A DNA stretch of 64,000 nt from Sulfolobales archaeon (GCA_038867615.1 JAWBYA010000003.1:32001-96000), one strand, 5' to 3'; shown: positions 20,909 through 31,230, counted from the first letter of the stretch. Numbers and translations are program-made. Notes: generated from the letters alone by a model not told the origin.

Positions 20909-21064
20909 TTACCATTCCTCCTCTTCTTCCTCTTCCTCCTCCTCTTCGAACTCCTCTTCCTCTTCCTCAAACTCTTCTTCTTCGAACTCCTCTTCTTCCC
21001 ATTCTTCTTCGAATTCTTCTTCCTCTTCCTCCTCGAACTCTTCCTCCTCCTCGAACCTCTTCAT
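20909..21064 (-). CDS. 51-aa poly-glutamate micro-protein with interspersed Phe/Trp
   Basis: ATG...TAA frame MKRF-E5-F-E7-F-E3-W-E4-F-E4-F-E6-F-E11-W; mixed GAA/GAG codons; TTTATATATAA box upstream. Confidence 0.8.
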   Translation of the reverse strand: MKRFEEEEEFEEEEEEEFEEEWEEEEFEEEEFEEEEEEFEEEEEEEEEEEW

Positions 21065-21327
21065 TTAAGCGACCCATGATATATCTGGAGAACAGCTTAT
21101 ATATAAATCGGTTCCGAATTAAACGTTGTTCTTATAGTTAGCCTCGGCTAACCAGCAACTCAAACCCAGCATAGACCCCACCGCATCAAACCTGTTCTCC
21201 CTAATCCTCTAAGCACCTATGCCTATTACGTATCTGAAGCGTGATTAGGATAAGTCATCATATGCTGTTGATCAATGAGTAAGGTAATATTATTAGCTAT
21301 AGAGCAGATATACAATGGTGTGTTTCT

Positions 21328-22188
21328 TTGCTCATAATAGGTAGAGAGGAGGTAGATTCAGTAGTAGATCCACAGGGTCTTGTGGAGGATATTAGAAACG
21401 TTTACCTATCCCAATACATAGCTTTCGAGAGGGTCTCGAGTGTCGTCAGCGGATCCTGGTTTGGGATCATGAGAGGATTTCACGAGGAACTGGGATTTCT
21501 AGTTAAAATAGTGGGGATTTTCCCCCAAGCATATCCAAGGGTTAAGGGCGTTGTAGCGGTTATAGACCATGTCACAGGCGATCTAAAGGCCCTGATAGAT
21601 GGGTATAGTCTTACAGGCTGGAGAACAGCTGGAGCGTCAGCCCTTGCCCAGATCATTCTCGGGGGATACAGCATAGAGACCCTCGGGATCATAGGCGCAG
21701 GGACACAGGCTCTCTACCACCTAAGGGTCTTCACCAAACTCTTTAGAATCGGTAGGATCTTGATAAGTACGAGAAGCCCTGAAAAAATAAGAGATCTTGC
21801 TAGAGAGTTTGGGGCGGAGCATGTATCAACAAAAGATCTCAACGCGACTGCCACAACAGTTATAGCTGCAACAAACTCGACAGAGCCAGTGGTAATAGGG
21901 GATCTTTTATCACCGGGCTCGATAGTGATCTCAGTAGGCGCCCCGAAACCTGTGAGGGAGCTTGATGAGAGAACTATTCAGAGGGCTGGATGCGCGTTAG
22001 TAGATACACGCCACGGTGTTTTGGAAGAGAGCGATGACGTGAAGGGGATAGAAGTAGTAGAGATCGGTGAGGCACTTAGGGGGAAGAGGTGCGTCTTTAG
22101 AGACATAAAGCTATACAAATCTGTGGGGACATCTATACTAGATATTGCAGGAGCAATCCATATACTTAGAAGAATGGGTGTTAAGTAA
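21328..22188 (+). CDS. Ornithine cyclodeaminase/mu-crystallin/alanine dehydrogenase family protein
   Basis: LTGWRTAGAS, GIIGAGTQA, YKSVGTSILD. Confidence 0.9.
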   Translation: MLIIGREEVDSVVDPQGLVEDIRNVYLSQYIAFERVSSVVSGSWFGIMRGFHEELGFLVKIVGIFPQAYPRVKGVVAVIDHVTGDLKALIDGYSLTGWRTAGASALAQIILGGYSIETLGIIGAGTQALYHLRVFTKLFRIGRILISTRSPEKIRDLAREFGAEHVSTKDLNATATTVIAATNSTEPVVIGDLLSPGSIVISVGAPKPVRELDERTIQRAGCALVDTRHGVLEESDDVKGIEVVEIGEALRGKRCVFRDIKLYKSVGTSILDIAGAIHILRRMGVK

Positions 22189-22262
22189 AAATAATGTTTA
22201 CAACCTAATGGTAGTTTCTAGATATTTGCCTTACAACGTATTTAGCTATAAGGGATGCCCTT

Positions 22263-22574
22263 ATGTCTGCGCCAGAGATCTTTGTTGAGAAGACCAATAG
22301 AGGTATTAGGATAATTAATAAGAGCAATAAAAAGATAAAGGTTGTGACAGTGACTCTCATCTATAGATATACTGTCACATCAGCAACAACTAAAACTCAG
22401 AGCGAGTCTCCATATCTCTCTAAAACAGGGTCTGAGAGGATGAATCTTATGAAAGATCTAGAATCTGGATCCTCGTTTGAGGTTGAGTTCTATCCACCAG
22501 ATATACTTGTATCTGTAGAGCTCGTAATTGAGAGCGATAAAGCCAGACATATCATATCTAGAAACCTCGTGTGA
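22263..22574 (+). CDS. Hypothetical protein
   Basis: First gene of an overlapping run leading into ribB. Confidence 0.65.
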   Translation: MSAPEIFVEKTNRGIRIINKSNKKIKVVTVTLIYRYTVTSATTKTQSESPYLSKTGSERMNLMKDLESGSSFEVEFYPPDILVSVELVIESDKARHIISRNLV

Positions 22575-22906
22575 AGCTAATGCTACACAGAGGTGCGGCT
22601 TGGAAAAGAATCCCGGCCATTTTGGTATCAATAGCACTAGCTGTTTTTATGAGACTGCTAGAGGGAGTATCGATTGTATATCTAGCTGAACCAGTAACTG
22701 TGAGCGGGGCTATAACTAGCAATACAGGAGCCAATAACCCCTTACAGTCCGGTGATCCCTTTCATAGTTTGGTGAGGGATTATAACCTACTTCCAACAGT
22801 TATTGGGATAATAATTGGCATTATATTGGTCATTATTGGAATAGTTTATCGTATTGGCTATAATAGACCTGGTGGTGAAAAAAGTTATAGTGGAGAGAGA
22901 TGGTAG
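22571..22906 (+). CDS. Hypothetical membrane protein (2 TM)
   Basis: Two hydrophobic stretches; overlaps both neighbours. Confidence 0.6.
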   Translation: MKLMLHRGAAWKRIPAILVSIALAVFMRLLEGVSIVYLAEPVTVSGAITSNTGANNPLQSGDPFHSLVRDYNLLPTVIGIIIGIILVIIGIVYRIGYNRPGGEKSYSGERW

Positions 22907-23571
22907 ATTGGGAGAGAGTTAGGAGAGATCTGCTGGCTGGAAGGCCTATTCTCCTCTACGATTTTGCCGGACGTGAGGAGGAGGTTGATATGGTCTTTTA
23001 CGCAGGATCCATCAACTACAGAAGCATATATACTCTCAGAAGAGAAGCCGGTGGTCTCATATGCCATGCAATCTCAGAAGCTGTGGCAAAAGAGCTGGGT
23101 CTACCCTACCTAAGCGATCTGCTATCATCGATATCCCAGCTCTCGGGTCTCACGTCTAGAAGGCTTAGGTATGGTGATGCACCACCATATTCGATCTATA
23201 TAAACCACTTCTCAGTAAGGACCGGCATATCTGATAAGGATAGGGCTCTAACTATAAGAAGGTTTCACGACGTTGTGGAGCTAGTAATATCTGGCGCTCC
23301 CGAGGAGGCTAGAAGAATCTTTTATAGCGAATTCGTAGCCCCGGGACATGTCCCCGTGTTGGTGAGCAGGGGTATAGGTAGAAGGAGGGGGCATACAGAG
23401 CTAAGCATAGCTATCGTAGAAAAGCTAGGTCTCGCTCCGAGCGTTATTATAGCTGAGATGCTCGATGAGGGCGACTCCATGTCACTTGAGAAGGCTGAGA
23501 AATATGCTGCTGAGAAAGGCCTTATACTGATCAAAGGCGATGAGATCCTCAAGGAGGTGGGAAGCATATGA
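22900..23571 (+). CDS. ribB: 3,4-dihydroxy-2-butanone-4-phosphate synthase
   Basis: YDFAGREEEVD, TGISDKDRALT, PGHV, RRGHTE. Confidence 0.95.
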   Translation: MVDWERVRRDLLAGRPILLYDFAGREEEVDMVFYAGSINYRSIYTLRREAGGLICHAISEAVAKELGLPYLSDLLSSISQLSGLTSRRLRYGDAPPYSIYINHFSVRTGISDKDRALTIRRFHDVVELVISGAPEEARRIFYSEFVAPGHVPVLVSRGIGRRRGHTELSIAIVEKLGLAPSVIIAEMLDEGDSMSLEKAEKYAAEKGLILIKGDEILKEVGSI

Positions 23572-24038
23572 GGAAAATAGGGGTTGTCGATACAACATTC
23601 TCCAGAGTTGATATGGCCTCTCCAGTGATCGAGGTGATAAAGTCTAGAATATCCGACGCCAAGATCGTGAGATACACAGTACCCGGGATCAAAGACATGC
23701 CAGTCGCTGCTAAAAAATTGATTGAGGAGGAGGGGTGTGATATAGTGATAACCCTCGGATGGGTGGGGAAAACCCTTACAGACAAACTAAGCTACCTGGC
23801 CCTCAGCATCGGGCTAATCAATGTCCAGCTAATGACTAACAAGCACGTGATAGACGTCACCGTACATGAGGATGAGGCTGAGAGCGAGGAGGAGCTCTAC
23901 AAAATAGCTATAGATAGGTCTAGAAAACATGCCGAAAACCTTGTTGAGCTACTCACGAGGGGTAGAGAGGCTCTTACTAAAAAGGCTGGCAAGGGTATTA
24001 GGCAGGGATACCCAGATGTTGGGCCAATCAGGGAGTGA
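23568..24038 (+). CDS. ribC: Riboflavin synthase, archaeal type
   Basis: [27 protein letters not shown]. Confidence 0.95.
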   Translation: MRKIGVVDTTFSRVDMASPVIEVIKSRISDAKIVRYTVPGIKDMPVAAKKLIEEEGCDIVITLGWVGKTLTDKLSYLALSIGLINVQLMTNKHVIDVTVHEDEAESEEELYKIAIDRSRKHAENLVELLTRGREALTKKAGKGIRQGYPDVGPIRE

Positions 24039-24483
24039 GGATTGTAAGGAGCAGAAAATAGAGATAGCGATCGTTGTTTCTGAGTTTAACTATGACATAA
24101 CCAGGATCATGCTTGAAAAAGCCGAGGATCACGCAAGATTCCTGGGGGCCAGCGTAAAGATCATAGCAAGAGCTCCTGGAACCTACGATATACCTATACT
24201 TGTTAAGAAGATCTTGGAGAAGGGGGGTATAGATGCTATAGTAACTTTAGGAGCAGTTATCGAGGGTGAAACAGAGCACGACGAGGTTGTGGCACACCAG
24301 GCGGCGAGAAAGATACTGGATCTTGGTGTAGAGTACGGCGTACCAATAACACTAGGGATAATAGGTCCCGGGGCTACAAGGCCACAAGCCTTAGAGAGAG
24401 CTGAGGAATATGCTAGAAGAGCTGTTGAGGCTGCTGTAAAGCTTGTTAGAAGGATTAGGGAGATAAAGTGTAGTCAGGGCTAA
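24016..24483 (+). CDS. ribH: 6,7-dimethyl-8-ribityllumazine synthase
   Basis: [23 protein letters not shown]. Confidence 0.95.
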   Translation: MLGQSGSEDCKEQKIEIAIVVSEFNYDITRIMLEKAEDHARFLGASVKIIARAPGTYDIPILVKKILEKGGIDAIVTLGAVIEGETEHDEVVAHQAARKILDLGVEYGVPITLGIIGPGATRPQALERAEEYARRAVEAAVKLVRRIREIKCSQG

Positions 24484-24545
24484 CACTACTGCAAGACCAT
24501 TACCAGATCCCTCGAAAGCTTTAACCTCTTATTCCAAACTACCAT

Positions 24546-25700
24546 ATGGGGTATATCTTGAGGCTCTACGAGTTCGAGGGTAAGGAGATCTTCTCAAGAT
24601 ACGGCATAAAAGTCCCGAAGGGCGTGTTGATCTCAAACCCTGACGAAGTGGTAAGAGCGATAGACATCGTGGGAATCCCGGCTGTGCTCAAGGCACAAGT
24701 ACTTGTTGGGGGTAGGGGAAAGGCTGGGGGTGTGAGGATCGTTAATAATCGAGAAGACGCTCTCATAATAGCGAGGGAGATGTTCTCAAGAGAGATAAGG
24801 GGTGTTAGGGTAAGAAGGATCCTTGTGGAAGAAGCGGTTAAGATTGTAAGAGAGCTCTACCTATCCATAACTATTGATAGAAGCATGAGAAAATATGTCG
24901 TGCTCGGCTCTCTCGAGGGGGGTGTTGACATAGAGGAGATAGCTGTTAAGAAGCCAGAATCTATTGTAAGGATCTATATCGACCCTCTGGTAGGGCTTAA
25001 GAGCTATCACTCACGAGCCCTATCAGAGGGTATGGGGCTTGGTGGAGATCTTGCGGCTAAACTCGGCTCGGTGCTAAACTCCCTCTATAGGATCATGCTC
25101 GACTATGACGCGGATCTGGTAGAGATAAACCCGCTAGTTATAACCGAGACGCAGGATCTAGTTGCGCTGGACTCCAAAATAACGATAGATGACAATGCAC
25201 TATATAGGCATCAAGATCTAGTCTCGGCTTTGGAAAATGATCCGAGGGATATGGATGAAGACGAGATCATAGCCCGTAAATATGGCTTCACCTATGTAAA
25301 ACTCGAAGGAGATATAGGGATCATGGGGAACGGGGCTGGGCTTACCATGGCCTCAATGGATCTTGTAAAGCTATATGGTGGCAGACCGGCTAGTTTCCTC
25401 GATATAGGAGGCGGGGCTAACAAGGAGAGGGTTAAGGCAGCGTTAAAGATACTCCTCAAGAGGCCTGATATTAAAAGCATATTTATAAACATCTATGGAG
25501 GTATAACTAAGTGCGATGAAGTAGCAAGTGGAATTGTTGAGGCTATCAAGGAAACAGGCTCTGATAAGAAGATCTTTGTGAGGCTTGTAGGGACGAGAGA
25601 GGAGGAGGGGAGAAAAATACTGGTGGAAAACGGCATAGGGTACTTCACGGATGATAATGACGCGGCCTTAGAGGCTGTGAGGGCTGTAAGCAGTAGTTAA
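24546..25700 (+). CDS. sucC: Succinyl-CoA ligase (ADP-forming) beta subunit
   Basis: LYEFEGK, KAQVLVGGRGKAGG, EINPL, GNGAGLTMA, LDIGGG. Confidence 0.93.
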   Translation: MGYILRLYEFEGKEIFSRYGIKVPKGVLISNPDEVVRAIDIVGIPAVLKAQVLVGGRGKAGGVRIVNNREDALIIAREMFSREIRGVRVRRILVEEAVKIVRELYLSITIDRSMRKYVVLGSLEGGVDIEEIAVKKPESIVRIYIDPLVGLKSYHSRALSEGMGLGGDLAAKLGSVLNSLYRIMLDYDADLVEINPLVITETQDLVALDSKITIDDNALYRHQDLVSALENDPRDMDEDEIIARKYGFTYVKLEGDIGIMGNGAGLTMASMDLVKLYGGRPASFLDIGGGANKERVKAALKILLKRPDIKSIFINIYGGITKCDEVASGIVEAIKETGSDKKIFVRLVGTREEEGRKILVENGIGYFTDDNDAALEAVRAVSSS

Positions 25701-25878
25701 TAGAAACACTCCACCATAGACCTGATTCTGATATGGATCCTCGTTCCATAGGATCTTCTCTTGCTCGTCGGTGAGGATTTATCGATGCGAAAACAACTAA
25801 CCTCTTATTCAGCATAAACAGATCTCCTTCAATGCAACATTACGATTTCTGCCCACATATCTTGATATATCTATGAGT

Positions 25879-26718
25879 TTATAGAGACTCATATGTGTTT
25901 TTCATAAGGATGGCGTCTCCCTCTATATTGGGCGATTCGGAGATCACAACCCCTTTTGCCTTGAAATCCTTCAACGCCCTCAATATATCCTTATAATTGA
26001 GATCCGACTCCTCTAGGTTTAGATGTTTTATCTCACCCCTATTTCCGTATTCTATGCCCGATATGTGTATATGCATACTATCTAGAGCTATTCTCCCAAG
26101 CCTTTCTTCTAGCTTTGCAAGAACACTTGATATCTCGCTATATGTGTTATACTTTCCAAGCGATCTGGCATGTATGTGTGCAAAGTCAATCGCTGGTAAC
26201 ACCATCTCCACATCCTCGGCTAACGATACAACCTCATCAAGATCACCGAACTCCGCAAGCCCTCCCATGGTTTCTGGCCTGATCCATATCTCGATCCCCT
26301 CATCCCTCAATACCTTTACTATATATCTCAAAGAGTCTCTAACCCTTTTATAAACCTCCTGGGGAGTGCTATTTCCATAATAAGCTGGGTGAAATACTAT
26401 AGAGAAAGCTCCGCTCTCGCTCCCCACCCTCGCCGTCTCAAGGATCCTCTGGATGCTTGCCCTCAGCTTATCCTGATCCTGCGAGTTTAGGTTAATATAA
26501 TAAGGAGCATGGGCCGTGAGGATCACCCCTAGATTGCTCGCCAAGATCCTCACCTCTTGGGCCGTGGATCTGCTCATCTTCACACCTCTAACGAACTCCA
26601 GCTCCATCGCGCCTAGACCGAGCTCCTTGACCCTCCTTATACCATCGAGTGAGGTCTTTTTAGGGGTTGAGAGCGGTATTCCGGCTGTTCCGAATACAAG
26701 TTTATCTAGGCTCTTCAC
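25879..26718 (-). CDS. Endonuclease IV-like AP endonuclease (TIM barrel)
   Basis: FGTAG, HAPYYINL, FHPAYY, PETMG, DFAH, HIHISGI. Confidence 0.9.
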   Translation of the reverse strand: MKSLDKLVFGTAGIPLSTPKKTSLDGIRRVKELGLGAMELEFVRGVKMSRSTAQEVRILASNLGVILTAHAPYYINLNSQDQDKLRASIQRILETARVGSESGAFSIVFHPAYYGNSTPQEVYKRVRDSLRYIVKVLRDEGIEIWIRPETMGGLAEFGDLDEVVSLAEDVEMVLPAIDFAHIHARSLGKYNTYSEISSVLAKLEERLGRIALDSMHIHISGIEYGNRGEIKHLNLEESDLNYKDILRALKDFKAKGVVISESPNIEGDAILMKNTYESL

Positions 26719-27220
26719 TGCCAATACCACTAACATTCTTCCCGGTAAGGTTTATAAGGGCTCTTGAGATATGCTCGCGGCTAAATATAGATGAACCTAG
26801 ATCATCTATTATATCTCTAACCACATGTATAGACCCGTCGAGGCCTATTTTTACGAGAAGCAGCTTCGGTGTCGCTGTAACGTTGAAAACCATGAAGAGC
26901 TTCCTCGCCACAGGATCTGTGCATTTTGTCGTAAACCAGTCACACACAACCTTTATATGATGAATTCTAGTGAACTCCTCACCAACGCTCTTTAAAGCGT
27001 TTTCGAATATTGGGTAGAACTTTCTGCAGGACGGGCATAGGTTGTTATGGAAATAGATCAGGTAGTAATCCGCCTTGCTAAACAGCTCTCTTTCTCTATC
27101 TATATTCTGTTTGACATAACGCCCTTCCCTCCATATATACACACCGTTCTCAGCATATGCTCCTCCGGCTCGAACTAGCTTGAATATCCTTGCTATGAGG
27201 CTAGCTATTCTTCTCACCAC
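26702..27220 (-). CDS. Thioredoxin-fold protein, paralog of 16708..17265
   Basis: FHNNLCPSC and CDWFTTKC motifs. Confidence 0.8.
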   Translation of the reverse strand: MVRRIASLIARIFKLVRAGGAYAENGVYIWREGRYVKQNIDRERELFSKADYYLIYFHNNLCPSCRKFYPIFENALKSVGEEFTRIHHIKVVCDWFTTKCTDPVARKLFMVFNVTATPKLLLVKIGLDGSIHVVRDIIDDLGSSIFSREHISRALINLTGKNVSGIGSEEPR

Positions 27221-27391
27221 ACACCATACCCACGCAGTATTTTCATCTAATCTAGCTATATTTTTACAGGATCTTTATTGTATATGGGATCACGACTCGT
27301 TTGATAACTCCACCTATAATTCTCCACATCGTGATCACCGAGCTCAGTGCTTATTTGATATGTGACTAAGGATATAATAGGATGTATCTCT

Positions 27392-28924
27392 TTGTGGGCA
27401 AGGGAGATCGAGGAGAGGATCAAGAAGCTGCGGGAGATGGGCAGAGATCCTTATCTAGTAGCATATAGGTTCGATGTATCATCCCCAGCATCAGAGATAG
27501 TATCTAAATATGCATACCTCAAGCCGGGGGATGAGACTACCGATAGCGTTTCAGTAGCTGGCAGGGTGTGGCATATCAGGAGGCATGGAAAAATAACATT
27601 CATGGATCTTTATGATAACACAGGTAAAATACAGATCGTTGTTAAAGCCGACTCCCTTAGAGATGATGATCGTTTGCTCCTCGAGATCATAGATAAAGGG
27701 GATATCATAGGTGCCAGCGGGCGTGTGATCAAAACCAAAGCCGGTGAGGTATCGGTTCTTGCCGAGAGGATAGAGATCCTCTCCCTGTCGTGGAGACCAA
27801 TACCCTTCCATGAGTTCGGGATCAAGGATCCCGAGCAGAGGTATAGGGAAAGGTATTTAGATATACTGCTAAACTCGAGGGTTAGGAGCGCTATAGTGAA
27901 TCTCTACAAGCTTGAGTATAATATGAGGAGGATCCTTAATGACAAGGGGTTTGTAGAGGTTCACACACCCAAGCTCCAACCGATCTATGGGGGGGCTCTT
28001 GCAAAACCCTTCGTAACAAAGATCGAGGCTCTCAAGAGGGATGCCTATTTAAGCATAGCTCCAGAGACATATCTAAAGAGGCTTGTGGTCGCTGGACTCT
28101 ACAGGGTTTACGAGATAGCTGTTTGCTTTAGGAACGAGGATATAGATGCTACACACTACCCGGAGTTTGTGCAGCTAGAGATATACCAGGCTTTTGCTGA
28201 TTGGAACGATATAATGTCTCTTGTTGAGGAGCTTGTTTCAGAGTCTGTCAAAAGCGTCTATGGCGACTATAAGGTTGAGGTTAGGGGTGATAATGATAGC
28301 TATACCATAGATTTTAGAAGACCTTGGAGGAGGATCACTCTAGAAGAAGCCATAGAGAGGTATGGTGGTGTTAATATATCTAATAAGGATGAGTCTGAGG
28401 TCATGGAGATAGCGAGATCCCTGGGGATCGAGGTCACAGACCCTAGGAGGGGGAAGATCCTCGAGAAGATCTTTGAGAAAACAGCACAGCCTAAGATAAA
28501 CGACCCAACCTTTATAACGCTCTTTCCAAGGGATATATCACCCCTTGCCAGACCCTATAGAAACGATCCCAAGTATAGCGAGAGGTTCGAGCTATATATA
28601 AAGGGGCTTGAGATAGGCAATGGCTACTCAGAGCTGAACAACCCGGTTCTTCAATACCACTTCTTCAAAGAAGAGGAGGAGTTGAGGAAGAAAGCGGGGA
28701 GAGCCGATGTAGAGTCCCACCCAATGGATAGAGACTATGTGAGAAGCCTGGAGTACGGCTTACCACCCACAGGGGGCGTTGGGATAGGGTTATACAGGCT
28801 ATCGATGGTTCTCTCAGGGCTTAGCTCTATAAAGGATGTGATCCCATTCATATATGTAGTTCCAGACGAGTTCCAATGCGCTGTTGAACTTAACCCGAAC
28901 CTCCTAGATCTGTATCTGAAATAG
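27392..28924 (+). CDS. lysS: Lysyl-tRNA synthetase, class II
   Basis: RYRERYLD, GGALAKPF, FRNEDIDATHYPEF, YSELNNP, YGLPPTGG. Confidence 0.97.
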   Translation: MWAREIEERIKKLREMGRDPYLVAYRFDVSSPASEIVSKYAYLKPGDETTDSVSVAGRVWHIRRHGKITFMDLYDNTGKIQIVVKADSLRDDDRLLLEIIDKGDIIGASGRVIKTKAGEVSVLAERIEILSLSWRPIPFHEFGIKDPEQRYRERYLDILLNSRVRSAIVNLYKLEYNMRRILNDKGFVEVHTPKLQPIYGGALAKPFVTKIEALKRDAYLSIAPETYLKRLVVAGLYRVYEIAVCFRNEDIDATHYPEFVQLEIYQAFADWNDIMSLVEELVSESVKSVYGDYKVEVRGDNDSYTIDFRRPWRRITLEEAIERYGGVNISNKDESEVMEIARSLGIEVTDPRRGKILEKIFEKTAQPKINDPTFITLFPRDISPLARPYRNDPKYSERFELYIKGLEIGNGYSELNNPVLQYHFFKEEEELRKKAGRADVESHPMDRDYVRSLEYGLPPTGGVGIGLYRLSMVLSGLSSIKDVIPFIYVVPDEFQCAVELNPNLLDLYLK

Positions 28925-28940
28925 CTGTTTAACGATAATT

Positions 28941-28963
28941 AGTTTCACCCCACCCCCACAGTG
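28941..28963 (+). promoter_or_regulatory. Candidate DNA-damage-responsive element AGTTTCACCCCACCC
   Basis: Matches the ANTTTC UV-responsive hexamer known from Sulfolobales; a similar extended motif lies upstream of the pilin gene. Confidence 0.35.
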
Positions 28964-29031
28964 AGCGAGGAGGTAAAGATCTTTAGGAAACCCATTAATG
29001 GTAAGACCGACCAGGAATAGCTAGGGAGGCT

Positions 29032-29709
29032 ATGTATAGATGCTCCTACTGTGGTTCCACAGATATCGTATATGATCTCAGTCGGGGTTATACTGTATGC
29101 ACTAACTGCGGCTCTGTTAACGATATTATATATAATAGTGATTCAGAGCTGTATAGCAGGATAAGCTATCCAGAAGAACCTAGCGCTATATATAGACGTC
29201 CCCATAGCAATAAGCATTGGCACCAGGAAGAAGTAGCAAGGCTTAATGGTATGGGTAAGGCTTACAAAATATATAGAGGTTTGGTTAGTAAGAAGAGGCT
29301 TAAGAAGGGGGTTTTCGTATCTAGCGAAGCCTTACAAGCTCTCATGGCTGGGCGTAAGCCCCCCAGGATCTTCGATCATATCAACAACAAAGTGGTGAAC
29401 GAATTTCTCGAACAAAGCCCTGTGTTAAAGAAGGTGATCGATATAATGAAGGAATACCCTAGCATATATTCGAGAACAACCAGAGGCAAGGCTGCTGCCG
29501 CATATATCGCGGCTAAGATGGCTATAAGGGATCCTGTATCGCTGAGTACTGTTTCCAGGTTCTTTAACATTAGCATGGTTCATCTAAGGAGGATAAAGAG
29601 ATCTTTGGAGACGTCAAAAGATCTTCTCAGTAAAATCAGCTACATAGAGGATCTATCACGGGAGATCGCGGAGGCTGATATGTTTATAAAAAAGCATCTC
29701 GGCTCGTGA
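29032..29709 (+). CDS. Truncated TFIIB paralog (TFB3-like)
   Basis: CSYCGSTDIVYDLSRGYTVCTNCG zinc ribbon; far shorter than a full two-cyclin TFB. Confidence 0.75.
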   Translation: MYRCSYCGSTDIVYDLSRGYTVCTNCGSVNDIIYNSDSELYSRISYPEEPSAIYRRPHSNKHWHQEEVARLNGMGKAYKIYRGLVSKKRLKKGVFVSSEALQALMAGRKPPRIFDHINNKVVNEFLEQSPVLKKVIDIMKEYPSIYSRTTRGKAAAAYIAAKMAIRDPVSLSTVSRFFNISMVHLRRIKRSLETSKDLLSKISYIEDLSREIAEADMFIKKHLGS

Positions 29710-29718
29710 GGGATCTTT

Positions 29719-31230
29719 TTGCTGCTATTTAGGAAAAGGAATAGGTCACAGGATAGGGCGAGATATGACAATGTATTTGAGATCAATATTGGTGGTAGAT
29801 CTCTCTATGCCTCTGGGTTTGAGATACTCGTAAAGGTTACTGGCAAGAAGGATAGGAGCTCTGCTAGAGATTCTGTGAGGACTGCTATCGAGAATATGAT
29901 ATATATATTGAGGGAGAGGATGCCTAGATCATCACAGATCTATGTTGTGACAAGGATAACAAAATACCTGGGAGGAACTGTGGTGATCTGTATTGATAAG
30001 AAGATAGATGTTGGACAGATCTGCAGGCTCGCATCATCAACAATCGAGGCTCTCTCGGACAGATCTGTAAAGATCAGGGAGCTTTCTGAGAAAGAGATTC
30101 TCGAGAGCCTTGTAATCCATAGAAAGTATGGTGGTAGCTTCCTGGATATGAATGCCTTTTTCGCAGAAGAGGCATCGCCATATGTAGATGAGCTGCCAGT
30201 CCCCATGATACCCCAAACCAGCGAGGGGATCTTGATAGGCGAGACCATAAGATCCAAGATAAGGCAGAAGATCTATCTACCCCTAGATACGCTTACAAGA
30301 CACATAGCGATATTCGGCTCCACAGGCTCTGGAAAATCCACCACTGCAGCAGCTATTGCTGTAAGATCTAGGGCTAAGGGTGTGAAGGTGATCATACTTG
30401 ACTGGCATGGCGAATATAGGGATCTTGTTGGCAGATCAGCTGAGCATAGATATATTAGGATAAACATGCCCATAGTCTCAACAATGCTTAGCGAGTTTAT
30501 ATCCAAACCCACATATATTCTCGAGATATTGGAGAGCGTCCTCGACCTTACCCCTGCTCAGAGCTATCTTCTATCAACAGTCCTGAGATCTCTTGGAAAT
30601 ACTAGTGGAACCAATATTTTCACAAAAATAGCCAGTCTATTGGAAGACTATAAGGGTGATGCTCGGTGGGTTTCCGAGACCAGATTCTCCCTTATGAGGA
30701 AGATCCAGCTGTTAGCCGATGAGGAGGCGAGAGCACCTATTAATAACGATGCGCTGAGCCATATACTCTCGCCAGGCCTATCCATAATAGATCTTTCTGA
30801 GATGGAGCGAGAATCACTGAAATCACTATCATCGCTAGTCATATTGAAAGTAACAGAGCTACTGTCTAAAAATAATAAGGAGTTCATGGCCACCAAAAAG
30901 CTTGTGATAGTTGATGAGGCACACCACGTGTTCAGAAGAACCGAAGGTGGATCTGTCATAGGAGATATGTTGGCAGAGACCAGAAAGTGGAACCTAGGGT
31001 TGGTGATAGTATCGCAGTCACCAAGCAGCCTTGGCGAGAACTCTCTCAAGAATACTAATACCAAGATAATCCATGCCATAAAATCCGATATAGATAGGAA
31101 AGTAATAAAGGACTCGATAGTAATTCCCAACGATATAGAGGGTATGCTACCAGCACTAGGTGTTGGCGAGGCTGTTATAGCTTCCCCGGCATATGATCTT
31201 GCAGTCCTTGCAAAGATCTACCCGCCTTAG
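29719..31230 (+). CDS. HerA/VirB4-like ATPase (DUF87)
   Basis: RHIAIFGSTGSGKS, ILDWHGEY, VIVDEAHH, ETRKW, VSQSP. Confidence 0.9.
   Translation: MLLFRKRNRSQDRARYDNVFEINIGGRSLYASGFEILVKVTGKKDRSSARDSVRTAIENMIYILRERMPRSSQIYVVTRITKYLGGTVVICIDKKIDVGQICRLASSTIEALSDRSVKIRELSEKEILESLVIHRKYGGSFLDMNAFFAEEASPYVDELPVPMIPQTSEGILIGETIRSKIRQKIYLPLDTLTRHIAIFGSTGSGKSTTAAAIAVRSRAKGVKVIILDWHGEYRDLVGRSAEHRYIRINMPIVSTMLSEFISKPTYILEILESVLDLTPAQSYLLSTVLRSLGNTSGTNIFTKIASLLEDYKGDARWVSETRFSLMRKIQLLADEEARAPINNDALSHILSPGLSIIDLSEMERESLKSLSSLVILKVTELLSKNNKEFMATKKLVIVDEAHHVFRRTEGGSVIGDMLAETRKWNLGLVIVSQSPSSLGENSLKNTNTKIIHAIKSDIDRKVIKDSIVIPNDIEGMLPALGVGEAVIASPAYDLAVLAKIYPP

Noticed and set aside
20846-21079. Plus-strand poly-Ser and poly-Leu/Phe ORFs
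   Set aside because: Antisense shadows of the poly-Glu ORF, whose start, stop and promoter fit the tract
27392-28924. Class II LysRS as evidence of recent transfer
   Set aside because: Class II LysRS is known in several crenarchaeal lineages and the gene does not look compositionally foreign
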